Part shown: piece after piece, positions 1 through 10,505 of the stretch
How the letters are laid out: every line of letters starts with the position of its first letter
Position numbering within the stretch: the stretch's first letter is position 1
Assembly (NCBI GenBank): GCA_963810095.1
Contig: CAWEMM010000006.1
Span: 1,184,001 to 1,248,000, forward strand
Direction: 5' to 3'
From: an uncultured Chloroflexia bacterium
GTDB lineage: Bacteria; Chloroflexota; Anaerolineae; CG2-30-64-16
Length of the DNA: 64,000 nt
The notes under the pieces: model-generated
Told to the model about the DNA's origin: nothing
Seen by the model: the letters and a program-made list of their open reading frames with translations, nothing else
Database searches by the model: none
Position numbers and translations under genes: made by a program

Positions 1-86
1 ACACCTGCACCGAGTGGGCCTGGTGGAAGCCGCAGCCCTTCCGGTCACACGGCAACTACAACGCCAGCAAACTGCAGGGCGAATAG
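1..86 (+). CDS. 3' end of an upstream gene, possibly a radical SAM/SPASM C-terminus
   Basis: Frame from nt 3 reads TCTEWAWWKPQPFRSHGNYNASKLQGE* (TAG at 84-86); Cys-containing tail directly upstream of two radical SAM genes. Too short to assign. Confidence 0.35.
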   Translation, partial: TCTEWAWWKPQPFRSHGNYNASKLQGE

Positions 87-142
87 CGCAAGTCGCTGAC
101 AGAGCCGAGGACAACCGAAGTCGGAGCTGCGGTCGCGAGATC

Positions 143-1489
143 ATGAGTATACGCAAGATCATATTGATCCAGCCGGGGCGGGACGGCCGGAAATTCGGGC
201 GCGCGACGAGCGAGCCCTACACCCTGATGCGCCTCGCATCGCTGGTCCCGCTCGACATTCCCGTCGAAATCTGGGACGAAGACCTGATGCGCCTGCCCAT
301 CGAGACGCTGGGCAAGGGCGACCTGGTCGGCATCACCGCCAAGACACTGCTGATCGACCGGGCGAAGGTGATGAGCCGCCGCATCCAGGCGCAGGGCGCG
401 ACCGTGGTCATGGGCGGCACGCACACGACCCTCGTGCCCGGAAGAGGTCGAGGGCTGGGCCGACGCGATCGCGGTGGGCGAAGGCTATCGCACCTGGCCG
501 CAGATCATCAAGGACTTCGACAACGGGACGCTCCAGCCGCGCTACTGCGATGAGGAATGGGCGCCGCTCGACTCGGGCGTGGCAAACCTCCAGGACCGCG
601 TGCTGCAAGATGGTGGACGAGCACCGCAACTACTGGACGCCCTACCTGGAGATCACCCGCGGCTGCCCGCGGTCCTGCACCTTCTGCACGGCGATCCGCG
701 TGTCGGGCCAGAAGATGCGCCTGCGGCCGGTCGAAGAGGTGGTCGAGGAAATCGAGCGGCGCAAGCTGCGCCGCTTCTTCCTGACCGACGACAACTTCGG
801 GCTGAACTTCCGGCTCTTCCCGGCCTACATGGAAGAGCTCTTCCGCGCGCTGGCGAAGCTGCCGCTGGACGGCTGGACCGCGCAGGCCGAGCAGATGGTG
901 GCCGAGCACCCGGACCTGCTCGACCTGGCCCGCGAGGCGCACCTGGACAAGTTCTTCATCGGCTTCGAGTCGATCAACCCGGGCAACCGCAAGGAACTGG
1001 GCGGCAAGGCACGCGGCGACGTGGTCAAGTCGCAAGCAGGTGATCGAGACGGTGCAGAAGCACGGCATCGGCGTCGTCGGCTTGTTCGTCTACGGCTTTG
1101 ACAGCGACACGCCCGATATCTTCCCGACCGCCTGGGAGTTCATCAAGAGCAGCGGGCTGGACAGCGTGAGCGCCACGATCCTGACGCCCTATCCGGGCAC
1201 CGCGCAGCGCAAGGAGCTGCTTGGCGCAGGGCCGCATCCTGCCGCACGACACCTGGGAGAAGTACAACACGAACCACGTCACGTACATGCCCGCGCAGAT
1301 GACCGTCGAAGAACTGCAAGACGGGTACGACTGGCTCTGCCGGCGGCTGTACAGCCCCGGCGCAGATCGCGGCGCGAGGGTTGCGCGGCATGGAAGCGGC
1401 ACTGGCCGGACCGGGCGCGGCAGCGCCTGTTCTCCAGCTTCAGCACCGATGTGGGCTATCGCTGGGAGACGGCGCACCGGTTGGATTGA
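143..1489 (+). CDS. Cobalamin-binding domain radical SAM protein (frameshifted in this sequence)
   Basis: Stitched from ORFs 14-553, 474-, 550-1101, 1040- and 1221-. B12-binding N-terminus (LVGITAKT...VVMGGTHTT, GEG), ITRGCPRSCTFC CxxxCxxC motif, TDDNF, FIGFES, FVYGFDSD, LTPYPGT. Confidence 0.85.
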
Positions 1490-1585
1490 GGATCTGCCGA
1501 CGCACGACGCGGCTGAAGCAGCATCCTGAGCGAAGTCGAGGTCTTCGTGCCCGGTCTTAGCGTTGCAGCTTAAGGAAGCAGACGT

Positions 1586-3035
1586 ATGAGAGTTTTATTG
1601 GCGAGCCCGGAATCGGGCGTGTGGACCTCGCGGAAGCATATCCCGCTGGGGCTGGGCTACCTGGCCGCGGTGCTGCGCGAGGCGGGGCACCCGGTGGCGA
1701 TCTACGACGCGGCCGTCGAGGATGAGCCGCTGGAAGACGGTCGTGCGCCGCGGCGGATACCAGATGCTCGGCATCACGGCGGCGACGCCGCTGATCAAAG
1801 ATGCCTGGAACATGGCAAAGGAAGGCAAGCGCCTGGGCATGATCACCGTGCTCGGCGGCCCGCACCTGACCCTGATGCCCGAGGAGTCGGTCGGCCCGGA
1901 GCATCCCGAGGTCGACTACGTCGTCAAGGGCGAAGCCGAGGAGAGCATCATCGAGCTGGTCGACGCGATCGAAGGCCGCCGCGCGATGGAGACCGTGCAC
2001 GGCCTCTACTGGCGCAAGAACGGCGAGATCGCCGTCAACCCGCCCTCCGGCCTGGTTCGGAACCTGGATGGCATCCCCTATCCCGCGCACGACCTGTTCA
2101 AGATCAACCGGTACACCAACCTGCAGCCGCTGACCGACGGGCTGGACACGAACGCCCGGGCGTTCACGATCATGACCAGCCGCGGCTGCCCGTACAAGTG
2201 CACCTACTGCTCGAAGCCGATCACGGGCGACACCTGGCGCGCCCGTTCGGTCGACAACGTGATCGGCGAGTGGCGCTGGTTGGTGCGCGACCTGCGCGCG
2301 ACCGAGATCGGGCTGACCGACGACATCTGGAACCTGAAGCTGGACCGGGCCAAGGAACTCTGCCGGCGCATCGCCGCCGAGGGCTTGAACACGGTGCCGT
2401 GGGTCACCGTCCATGGGATGAAGGTCAACCACGCCGATGCCGAGCTGTTCCACCTGATGAAGGCCGCCGGCTGCAAACGGGTCGGCTTCGGTGTGGAGAG
2501 CGGCGACCAGCAGATCCTGCGCAACGTCATCAAGAAGAGCCAGACGCTCGACATGGTGCGCAACGCGTTCAAGTGGTCGAAGGAGGCCGGCCTCCAGACC
2601 ATGGGCTTCTTCATCTTCGGCATGCCGGGCGAAAACGAAGAGACGATGGAGAAGACCATCCAGTTTGCACTCGAGCTGGACCCCGACCTGGCGAACTTCA
2701 TGCTGGCCACGCCCTACCCCGGCACGGAGATGTACGACGTCATCCAGAAGTACGGCAACATCTTCGCCCACGAGTGGGAGGACTTCGCGATCCACTCGGA
2801 CCACGCCCGCTTCTCCATGCCCGGCTACGATCCCGACATGGTCGTGAAGAAGTGGAAAGAGGCCTACCGCCGCTTCTACCTCTACCGCCCGAAGCGCGTC
2901 TGGCAAAAGGTGTCGAAGAAGAGTTTCTGGACCGAGCTGCCGAGCACCGTGTCGAATGCGAAGCGCTTCTTCGTGCCCGACAAGCCGGCCCAACCGGGCG
3001 CCCCGGCCACCATTCAGCCGGCGAATCGCTCCTGA
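1586..3035 (+). CDS. Cobalamin-binding domain radical SAM protein (one frameshift near 1735)
   Basis: [15 protein letters not shown]-terminus, [48 protein letters not shown]. Confidence 0.9.
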
Positions 3036-3155
3036 CGCCGTTCTGCTGCCGCCGCCACAGCCGCTCGCGCTCGACCGTGGCCGGGCCAAGCGGCTGAAGA
3101 TCAGGGTCAGGGGGGTGCAAAAGCTCGGCTCGTTGAGCCACTCACCCGCATCTCC

Positions 3156-3190
3156 AAGGCGCTCCGCCGGTGGCGGGGCGCCTTTTGTTT
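3156..3190 (+). terminator. Intrinsic terminator after the radical SAM genes
   Basis: AAGGCGCTCCGCC-GG-TGGCGGGGCGCCTT hairpin followed by TTTGTTT. Confidence 0.7.
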
Positions 3191-3266
3191 GGCCCGGCGC
3201 TACCTGTGCCCGTTTCCTACGTAATACTGGTTGCAAGCATCCTGACTTAGCGAAAGGCACCAGACC

Positions 3267-4006
3267 ATGCGCCGGGCACTCGTCATCGTTCTCTCCTCCC
3301 TGCTTCTCTTTGCCGCCGGTTGTGCGCCCATCCTCTCTGCTGGACAACCTGTCCAGATCAAGGGGTCGGGCAAACTCGTCACCCAGGAGTTCACCTTTGA
3401 CAAGGCGGACCGCCTGCTGGCCGCGTCGAACTACCGCGTAACGCTAACCCCCGGCGACAAGGTCGCCGTGACGGTTACTGCCGACGACAACGTTATGGAG
3501 TACGTGTACGTGCACGTCTCAAACGGTGAGCTGCGGCTGGAGTTGAAGCCGGGCCGCGGCTACAACATGGACAAAGTTACCCTGAAGGCGGCGGTGACCA
3601 TGCCCGTCCCCGGGGCCGTGTCACTGCAGGACAACGCAGTGGTCGACCTCGGCAAAGAGCTGCCGCGAGCGAGCTGACGCTGAACTTGGCGGGTAACGGC
3701 ATCGTGATGGGCGAGATGATTTCGGCTGCGCGCCTGAGCCTGACCGGCAATGGCAACGGGCAGGCGCGGCTGAGCGGCGCCGCGGCCGAGCTCAAGCTGG
3801 ACGCCCGGGGCAACGCGATCGCCGCCTGCCCCGACCTGCAAGTGCACACTGCCGGCGTAACACTCCGCGAGAATGCCATGGCCGCGCTCCATGTCACCGA
3901 CAAACTGGACTACAACGTGTCGGGCAACGCGGGCCTCGTCTATACCGGCACGCCCCAGTTGGGCGAGCAGAAGCGCAGTGGAAACGCCACGGCGACTCAG
4001 AAGTAA
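3267..4006 (+). CDS. DUF2807/GIN-domain lipoprotein (frameshift near 3670)
   Basis: Signal peptide with lipobox (FAAGC); IKGSGKLVTQEF, VTVTADDN, beta-helix repeats ending LDYNVSGNAGLVYTGTP...SGNAT; ORFs 3267-3677 plus 3686-4006. Confidence 0.75.
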
Positions 4007-4023
4007 GCCTGCCCATTAGGAAC

Positions 4024-4086
4024 CTAAACCAGTCGCCGCATGAAATTGCGGCCAGACCTTCGGGGTCTCGGAGACCCCGAAGGTCT
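4024..4086. repeat. REP/MITE-like element, family A, copy 1
   Basis: CTAAACC...GCCGCATGAAATTGCGG followed by palindrome AGACCTTCGGGGTCTC-G-GAGACCCCGAAGGTCT; matches the reverse complement of 25700-25764. Confidence 0.75.
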
Positions 4087-4262
4087 CCGGGGAGCTGTCA
4101 TCTCCTCCGACAGCGCGCCCAAGGCCACGACGGATTCCTGCAGCCGGGCTTCGCGCCGCTTCTTGTGCCAATATCGCGACAAATGGCCGATGACGCACGG
4201 ACCCCGCCTCGCTATACTCAGCTGCGACGTATTTAGTCATGGTTCATTGAAAGGAGCAAGGT

Positions 4263-4655
4263 ATGGGAGTTCTGATTGCGTTCTTGATCTCACTGATCGT
4301 ATCGGCCATCGTCATCTACATCGTGAGCAGGCTCAACTTGGGCCTGACGGTCAACAGTTTTGGCAGCGCGATTGCGGCGGCCTTCGTCATCGCCATCGTC
4401 ACTGCGATTCTGGTCTGGCTTCTGGGCCTGATCGGCGTCAGCCTGCCAACCGCCGGACTGCTGGGCGCGATCATTAACATCATCGTGGCCGCAATCGTCC
4501 TGATGATTGCCGACCGGTTCCTGCCCGGGATGCAGGTCAACGGCTTCGCGGGCGCGATCATCGCCGCGATTGCGATCGGCGTGGTCGCCTTTATCATCGC
4601 TTGGCTGCTCGGGCTGCTGGGCATCACTCTGCCGGCCGGCGCGGTCATCCCGTAA
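4263..4655 (+). CDS. Phage-holin-family (YvlD-like) 4-TM membrane protein
   Basis: AAGGAG RBS; two hydrophobic repeats (VNSFGSAIAAA / VNGFAGAIIAA). Confidence 0.7.
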   Translation: MGVLIAFLISLIVSAIVIYIVSRLNLGLTVNSFGSAIAAAFVIAIVTAILVWLLGLIGVSLPTAGLLGAIINIIVAAIVLMIADRFLPGMQVNGFAGAIIAAIAIGVVAFIIAWLLGLLGITLPAGAVIP

Positions 4656-4678
4656 CGCGCAAGCTGCTGGGGCGAACG

Positions 4679-4710
4679 GTGCGCGGTCCTCATGGGGGCC
4701 GCGCACTTTT
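4679..4710 (+). terminator. Intrinsic terminator
   Basis: GTGCGCGGTCCT-CAT-GGGGGCCGCGCAC followed by TTTT. Confidence 0.7.
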
Positions 4711-4827
4711 GGGTAAGGCACCCCTGTTTCCCGCTGTCACAATCGAGCGATTCGGCGCGATAATGATCCCGACTCGCTGCACCCTCGCTTTGCCTGGTCA
4801 AAATCCCCGCGACTGGTCTATGAAGGG

Positions 4828-6519
4828 ATGGCTAACATGATCGAAAGGCCCTGGCTGGAGCACTATGAGCCCGGCTTGCCTCGGACGCTGCGCCCTTATC
4901 CCGAGTGCACCCTCCTCGACACCCTGACCGATACCGTGCGCCAGCGGCCCGACCACACTGCCCTGATCTTCAAAGGGACGCGCCTTTCGTATGCCCAACT
5001 AGAGCAGTTGTCCAACGCCTTTGGCGCCGCGCTCGTGGCGCAAGGCGTCCAGAAGGGCGAGCGGGTGGCGTTGTTGCTGCCCAACTCGCCCCAGAGCATG
5101 ATTGCGCAGCTCGGCGTCTGGAAGGCGGGCGCCATTGCAGCGCCCATTAACTCCTTGTACACCGAGCACGAGCTCGAGCATGCGCTGAACGAGATCGGCG
5201 CCGAAACCGTCGTCGTCCTCACCCCGTTCTACAGTAAGGTGAAGGCACTGCAGCCGCGCACGCAGGTGCGCCGGGTCATTGCGACCAATATCAAAGAGTA
5301 CCTGCCCGCTCACATGCGCCTGCTGTTCACCCTCGCCAAGGAGAAGAAGGAAGGACATCGCATCCGGCTGCAGGTGGGTGACCTGTGGTGGCGCGACCTG
5401 ATGCGCGAGCATGCCCTTGCGCCGCGGCCCGCGGTGCCCATCGCCATCGATGACCCCGCGGTCCTCCTGTTCAGCGGCGGCACCACGGGTACGCCCAAGG
5501 CTGCGCTGGGCACGCACCACAAGCTCCTCATGTCGGCCATGCAACTACACGCGTACGGCAGCACGGCGCTGGCCGACTGGGACGACACCATTACGCTGGT
5601 CATGCCCATGTTCCACGTGTACGGCAATATGGCCTTTAACACGTCGCTCGTCGCCCATTGGCCGATGGCGGTCGTGCCCAATCCACGCGATATCGACGAC
5701 CTGGTGCAGACGATCCTGAAGGTGCGCCCCGCCGTTCTGCACGGCGTCCCCACCCTGTTCATCGCGCTGCTCAATCACCCCAAGGTGAAAGCCGGCCAGG
5801 TGGATTTCAGCTGCATGAAAGTGTGCTACGCGGGCGCTGCACCGCTCCTGGTCGAGACCAAGCGGCGGTTTGAGGCCCTGACCGGCGGCTGGCTGCTCGA
5901 CGCGTACGGCATGACCGAGACCATGCTGGCAGCGGTCGTTTGCCCGGTCCATGGCGAATACAAAGAAGGGTCCATCGGCATTCCCGTACCGGACGTCGAC
6001 GCCCGGATCGTCGACGTCGACACCGGGCAGCAAACGCTGCCGTGCGGGGAGATCGGCGAGTTGTGCATCAGCGCGCCGCAAACCATGGTCGGCTATTGGG
6101 GCCGCCCGGCCGAGACCGCGGAGATGATCCGTGATGGTTGGGTCTACACGGGCGACCTGGCGTACATGGACGAGGACGGTTACATCTTTATCGTCGACCG
6201 CAAGAAGGACCTGATTAAGCCCGGCGGTTTCCAGGTGTGGCCGCGTGAGGTCGAAGAGGTGCTGGCGGCGCACCCCGCCGTCGCCGAGGTGAGCGTGGCG
6301 GGCGTGCCCGACGAGTACCTGGGCGAAGCAGTCAAGGCGTGGGTGGTGCTGCGCCCGGGCGAAAGGGTCACAGTCGACGCACTGCGCGCCCACTGCAAGG
6401 AGCGGCTGGCCGCGTACAAGGTCCCGAAACAGATCGAGTTTCGTGACACGCTGCCGAAAACCATGGTCGGCAAGGTGCTCCGTCGGGTGCTGGCCCAGGA
6501 GGAGGGCCGCCAAAACTGA
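4828..6519 (+). CDS. Long-chain fatty acid--CoA ligase (AMP-binding)
   Basis: FSGGTTGTPK, YGMTE, YTGD, VDRKKDLI, LPKTMVGK motifs. Confidence 0.92.
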   Translation: MANMIERPWLEHYEPGLPRTLRPYPECTLLDTLTDTVRQRPDHTALIFKGTRLSYAQLEQLSNAFGAALVAQGVQKGERVALLLPNSPQSMIAQLGVWKAGAIAAPINSLYTEHELEHALNEIGAETVVVLTPFYSKVKALQPRTQVRRVIATNIKEYLPAHMRLLFTLAKEKKEGHRIRLQVGDLWWRDLMREHALAPRPAVPIAIDDPAVLLFSGGTTGTPKAALGTHHKLLMSAMQLHAYGSTALADWDDTITLVMPMFHVYGNMAFNTSLVAHWPMAVVPNPRDIDDLVQTILKVRPAVLHGVPTLFIALLNHPKVKAGQVDFSCMKVCYAGAAPLLVETKRRFEALTGGWLLDAYGMTETMLAAVVCPVHGEYKEGSIGIPVPDVDARIVDVDTGQQTLPCGEIGELCISAPQTMVGYWGRPAETAEMIRDGWVYTGDLAYMDEDGYIFIVDRKKDLIKPGGFQVWPREVEEVLAAHPAVAEVSVAGVPDEYLGEAVKAWVVLRPGERVTVDALRAHCKERLAAYKVPKQIEFRDTLPKTMVGKVLRRVLAQEEGRQN

Positions 6520-6772
6520 ACTGCCGGCCGCCTTAGCGCGTGCAGAAGAGAGCACTTCGAGTCTATCCGAAAGTGCTCTAGCGGTCTCGTACGCCAGCTT
6601 GGCTGGCGCCCGGGCCACACGGGGCACGGTCAGACATCGGCCCCAGCTAATTCTCGGATAGATACTTCATCTGGAAGTCAAATCTTCGTCGACAAATATA
6701 TTGTATTTCATTTTCAGATGTGCTATGATTCCTCCCAATAAATAATATTCTCTTCGTAACCAGGAGGAACAC

Positions 6773-7849
6773 ATGGGCATCTTCACCAACACCCGCGTGG
6801 CTCCCACCATCGTCGTGGCGGAAGCAAGTCCCCTTGTCGAGCTTCTGCCCGGCCTCGACCTGGCAAAGTTCTACACCGAAAACACGGGCCTGGCGCCCGA
6901 CCCCAACTATTTCGGCGTGTACGCAGTGCAAGCGATCGGCACCACCCTCTATCTCGGCATCGGCACCGCGCGGCCGGCCGAGGCCAACGGCGCGCTGCTG
7001 GTGAAAACGGATGGCACCACGCTGAAAGCGGTCAAACAGCTCGACGAGCAGGGCTTTGTAGACATGCGTGCGGGCGGCAGCACCCTCTACATCCCCGGTG
7101 TGGATCCCCTCGAAGACTGGAGCATGGGTGAGATCTATGTCGGCAATCCGCCCGACGCGGTGAGCAAACACCGGGACATGCCGAACGTCATCCACACCTG
7201 GGGCCTCGATCCCCAAACGGACAAGGGACGGCTGTACGCCGCCGTCGGAATGCACGCGGGCGACAACCAGACCTTCTACGGGGGCGTGTTGATCAGCGAC
7301 GACGACGGCGACTCGTGGAACGTGGTCGCCGACCCGCGCCACACCCTCGGCGCGTATCGCACCTATGACATCCGGCAGTTCTGCGGCAAACTCTACGTGA
7401 CGGCGAACGACGATTACGAGAAGGCTTCGCAGTTGGCGGTGAGCAGTGACGGTGGGGCGACTTGGAAGCGCATCCGCGTGTCGGTCGAGAGCCGGCCGCG
7501 CCTGCTTGCAGGACGCGATTATCTCGCTGCGCTGGCCTGGGGGCGCGACGGTCTGCAGCTTGTGACGCCGGGGGGTAAGGTCACGAAGGCCCGTTTCCCC
7601 GGCTTCTACGCGGCCGACTGGGCCTATAACTATATCTGCGCGGGCTACGGGGGTTGGTACTATCTCCTCGCCGACGCCGGCCGCCTGTACAACTCGCGGG
7701 ACCTCAAGACCTGGACGCTGGTCGCCGATACCGGCCTCACCTTGCTGGGCGTTGGCTACTGGCAGTCGGGCAACAAGCTGATCGTCACCGACCGCGGCGC
7801 CGGCGCGAGCATCTACGCGCTCGACCTGGCAACTTACGGCGCGGTATGA
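6773..7849 (+). CDS. BNR/Asp-box beta-propeller protein
   Basis: Asp-boxes SDDDGDSW, SSDGGATW, SRDLKTW; AGGAGG RBS; AT-rich upstream region containing TGcTATGAT (6721-6729). Confidence 0.65.
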   Translation: MGIFTNTRVAPTIVVAEASPLVELLPGLDLAKFYTENTGLAPDPNYFGVYAVQAIGTTLYLGIGTARPAEANGALLVKTDGTTLKAVKQLDEQGFVDMRAGGSTLYIPGVDPLEDWSMGEIYVGNPPDAVSKHRDMPNVIHTWGLDPQTDKGRLYAAVGMHAGDNQTFYGGVLISDDDGDSWNVVADPRHTLGAYRTYDIRQFCGKLYVTANDDYEKASQLAVSSDGGATWKRIRVSVESRPRLLAGRDYLAALAWGRDGLQLVTPGGKVTKARFPGFYAADWAYNYICAGYGGWYYLLADAGRLYNSRDLKTWTLVADTGLTLLGVGYWQSGNKLIVTDRGAGASIYALDLATYGAV

Positions 7850-7927
7850 CGCTGCGGCTTTGGTGAGGGCGGCCCCCAGACGCTTGGCTTCGCACGAAGG
7901 CTCGATCTGTCGGGGGCCGCCCGGCCT

Positions 7928-9463
7928 TTACTGCGCCGTCGTCCCGTTCGAATAGACCCACTCGTTGAAAAGTTGGTCGAGGTTCTGGCCCGCGATCTGG
8001 CTGGCCAGGGCCTGGAACTCCGCGGGCGTTGCGATGGTCCACTGGCGCTCGCGCGCCCATGTCCGTAGCAAAGCCTGGAACTTCGCGGGTCCCATCAGGT
8101 CACGGAGGGAAGCGAAGAACAGCGCCCCCTTGCCATACACCAACGTTTCGTAGTCCTGCTTGTAGTCCCACACGGGCATCCCGATGGGTTGGTCCGCGTT
8201 GCGCCGCTTAATGCTCGCGATGGGCAGTTCCCAGCGCCGCGCGCGCAAGTTGTCGGCAACCCCCTCGCCATCGTGCAGCCGGTAGTAGTCATACATGGAG
8301 AACTCCGCCAGGCCCTCGTCGAGCCAGGGCGTGCGCACCTGGTCGCTGCCCACCAGGTTGTACCACCATTGGTGGGCGACTTCATGGACGACCCGATCCA
8401 CCAGGTCCTTCTGATACCTGTCGTACGTCTGGCTGCCGATGATGCCCAGCGAAGGAAACTCCATGCCCTTGAACGTCAGGGGCGCCTGGACGATCGACAA
8501 ATCGCGGTAGGGATAAGGGCCGTACTGGTCGGTGTAGATCTCGAGGGCGGCAGCCGCCGCGTACAGCGCGCTCTTGCCCGCCTCGGCGTTCGCCCCGGTG
8601 AAGTAGGAGCGCACGCGGGTGCCCAGCGCCTCGACCTCGAGCGATTGGAACTGGGGGCTCATCAGGGCGGTGAACTCACGGGCCGGCCCGAGGGCGTAGC
8701 GAGCGGTGGTCCAGCCCGCCTCTACCGTGCGCGTTACCTCGGTGCCGGTGGCAACGAGCACCTGGTCGGAGGGGTAGGTGAGCGCCACGTTGTAAAGCGA
8801 TGCGTCCGCAAAGCCCACGTCGCCCTGCGGGTGGGGCACGTCGAGCGCCCACTCGTCCCCCCGCCGAGCCGCCAGGATCGGATAGAAGTTCGTCAGGCTC
8901 GTCGTGTCCTCGTTGATCCCGAAGATCGTATACTCGCCGGGCTGCGACCGGTGGACGATCTCGCCCTGGTAGGTGAGCGCCACGTGCACCCGGCTGCCCG
9001 GCTTGGCGGGTTCGGGCAGCACCAGCTGGACGGCCGTGCGGCCGGCCGCGGGCGCGAAATTGACCATCTTGCCGTCAACCCGTGCGCCCGTCAGGTCGAG
9101 CTTCCCGCCGAAAAACTGTAGGTTGGGGTAGGTGCGGAAGTAAATGTCGGCCAGCGGCAGCGTGGACGACACGGTGAAGTCCACGTCCAGGGTACCCGTA
9201 TAGGCCCGGTTCGCGGGGTCGATCCGGGTCGTGATGCTGTAGAACGGCATGGCGCTCAAGCGCTCGTCCGGCACGGCATAGCCCGGGCTCCAGGTCTGGC
9301 GGATCTCTGCGAAACGATCCGGTCCGCGCTGCAGCAGGCTGCAGCCCGCCAGCAGGCCCAGGCACAGCAGCGAGGCCGTCACGATGGCCAGCAGTGCCGG
9401 GCGAAGAGCGGAACCATGCGAACGCCGCGGCAGGCAAGGCGCACCGCCGGCAACCTGGTGCAT
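7928..9463 (-). CDS. M1-family zinc metallopeptidase, probable lipoprotein
   Basis: GMEFP, VVHEVAHQWW...WLDEGLAE (HEXXH-X18-E), VYGKGA; LLAGC lipobox. Confidence 0.88.
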   Translation of the reverse strand: MHQVAGGAPCLPRRSHGSALRPALLAIVTASLLCLGLLAGCSLLQRGPDRFAEIRQTWSPGYAVPDERLSAMPFYSITTRIDPANRAYTGTLDVDFTVSSTLPLADIYFRTYPNLQFFGGKLDLTGARVDGKMVNFAPAAGRTAVQLVLPEPAKPGSRVHVALTYQGEIVHRSQPGEYTIFGINEDTTSLTNFYPILAARRGDEWALDVPHPQGDVGFADASLYNVALTYPSDQVLVATGTEVTRTVEAGWTTARYALGPAREFTALMSPQFQSLEVEALGTRVRSYFTGANAEAGKSALYAAAAALEIYTDQYGPYPYRDLSIVQAPLTFKGMEFPSLGIIGSQTYDRYQKDLVDRVVHEVAHQWWYNLVGSDQVRTPWLDEGLAEFSMYDYYRLHDGEGVADNLRARRWELPIASIKRRNADQPIGMPVWDYKQDYETLVYGKGALFFASLRDLMGPAKFQALLRTWARERQWTIATPAEFQALASQIAGQNLDQLFNEWVYSNGTTAQ

Positions 9464-9517
9464 GAAGACCTCCGGGGAAACAAGTACTATCTTCTGGCCG
9501 AGTATAGCACAAAACTA

Positions 9518-9546
9518 TTGACAAGGAAATGTATATATCCTATAAT
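9518..9546 (+). promoter_or_regulatory. Consensus sigma70/SigA promoter for the LysM gene
   Basis: TTGACA (9518-9523), 17-nt spacer, TATAAT (9541-9546). Confidence 0.85.
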
Positions 9547-9609
9547 TGCAAATAGCATATACTTGACGAGCAGGGTGATTCACACGCATCGTGGCGAAAG
9601 GAGCCGGCC

Positions 9610-10296
9610 ATGTCATTCTTGAAGCCCGCTTACGGAAGCATTCTGGTCACCGTCATTGTTCTCGCGTTGGCCCTCGTTGCGGGGAACGCAGTCGGTCAGG
9701 TGCAGGCCGCTCCGGTGCGTGCACCGCTTGCCGCGCCGCATGCCGAATCACAGGGCGCTGTGGGCGAAGTGAGCGGTACGGCGCTGCCCGGGGATGCCGT
9801 TCGGGTGACGCAGGGTGACGCCTTGATTGGCGAGACGACTGCGGGGAAAGACGGCGCCTGGCAGGTGCCCATTCCCAAGACGGCCTCGGCCACCGCGCCG
9901 TATCACGTGCAGATCTTGCCCGCCGCGCAGCGCGGCGCGGCCCCCGAAGAGCCGGTTTCGATCGTCGTCATCGTGGTAGTCGGCACGAACAAGGTCGAGG
10001 TGCGCGTCCAGGTCATCTCGCCCAACGGGCAGGTAGACATCGAAGTGCAGGTGCCGATCAACCCGCCGTGCGAGACGGAAGGCGCGAAGACCCAGGCACA
10101 GGACGCCGCAACCCAGGCACAGCCAACCGCTGAAGCAGCGGCCGCGCCGGTCTATCACCAGGTCCGGGCCGGCGAGACGCTGGCGATCATCGGGGCGCGC
10201 TACGGCGTCTCACCGCTGGCCATCATGCAGGCCAACAAGCTGCGCAACGCCAACCTGATCTTTGTCGGCCAGCGCCTCCTCATCCCTGCACGATAA
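9610..10296 (+). CDS. Secreted LysM peptidoglycan-binding protein
   Basis: N-terminal signal/TM segment, Ig-like middle region, C-terminal LysM ([19 protein letters not shown]...[12 protein letters not shown]). Confidence 0.85.
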   Translation: MSFLKPAYGSILVTVIVLALALVAGNAVGQVQAAPVRAPLAAPHAESQGAVGEVSGTALPGDAVRVTQGDALIGETTAGKDGAWQVPIPKTASATAPYHVQILPAAQRGAAPEEPVSIVVIVVVGTNKVEVRVQVISPNGQVDIEVQVPINPPCETEGAKTQAQDAATQAQPTAEAAAAPVYHQVRAGETLAIIGARYGVSPLAIMQANKLRNANLIFVGQRLLIPAR

Positions 10297-10303
10297 TCCC
10301 GTT

Positions 10304-10362
10304 CTCCCACGCGCGAACGTGTCCGGCGGTTTAGAACCGCCGGACACGTTCGCGCGTGGGAG
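10304..10362. repeat. Perfect 28-bp inverted repeat with 3-nt loop (REP-like)
   Basis: CTCCCACGCGCGAACGTGTCCGGCGGTT-TAG-AACCGCCGGACACGTTCGCGCGTGGGAG. Confidence 0.85.
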
Positions 10363-10505
10363 GTGACACCAAAGTGGTCACATTTGTATGTAGCGAGTTC
10401 CGCTCTATTCCAATATTCGCTGATTTTCGCCGTTACTGAACGCGCGGGCCGTCGTCTTGTAGAGTAGGTGACAGGGACCTACGGATAACTACAGGAGAAG
10501 GACCG

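Noticed and set aside
4263-4655. Holin-family gene as evidence of a prophage
   Set aside because: This family is commonly chromosomal, and no phage genes or integrase are nearby.
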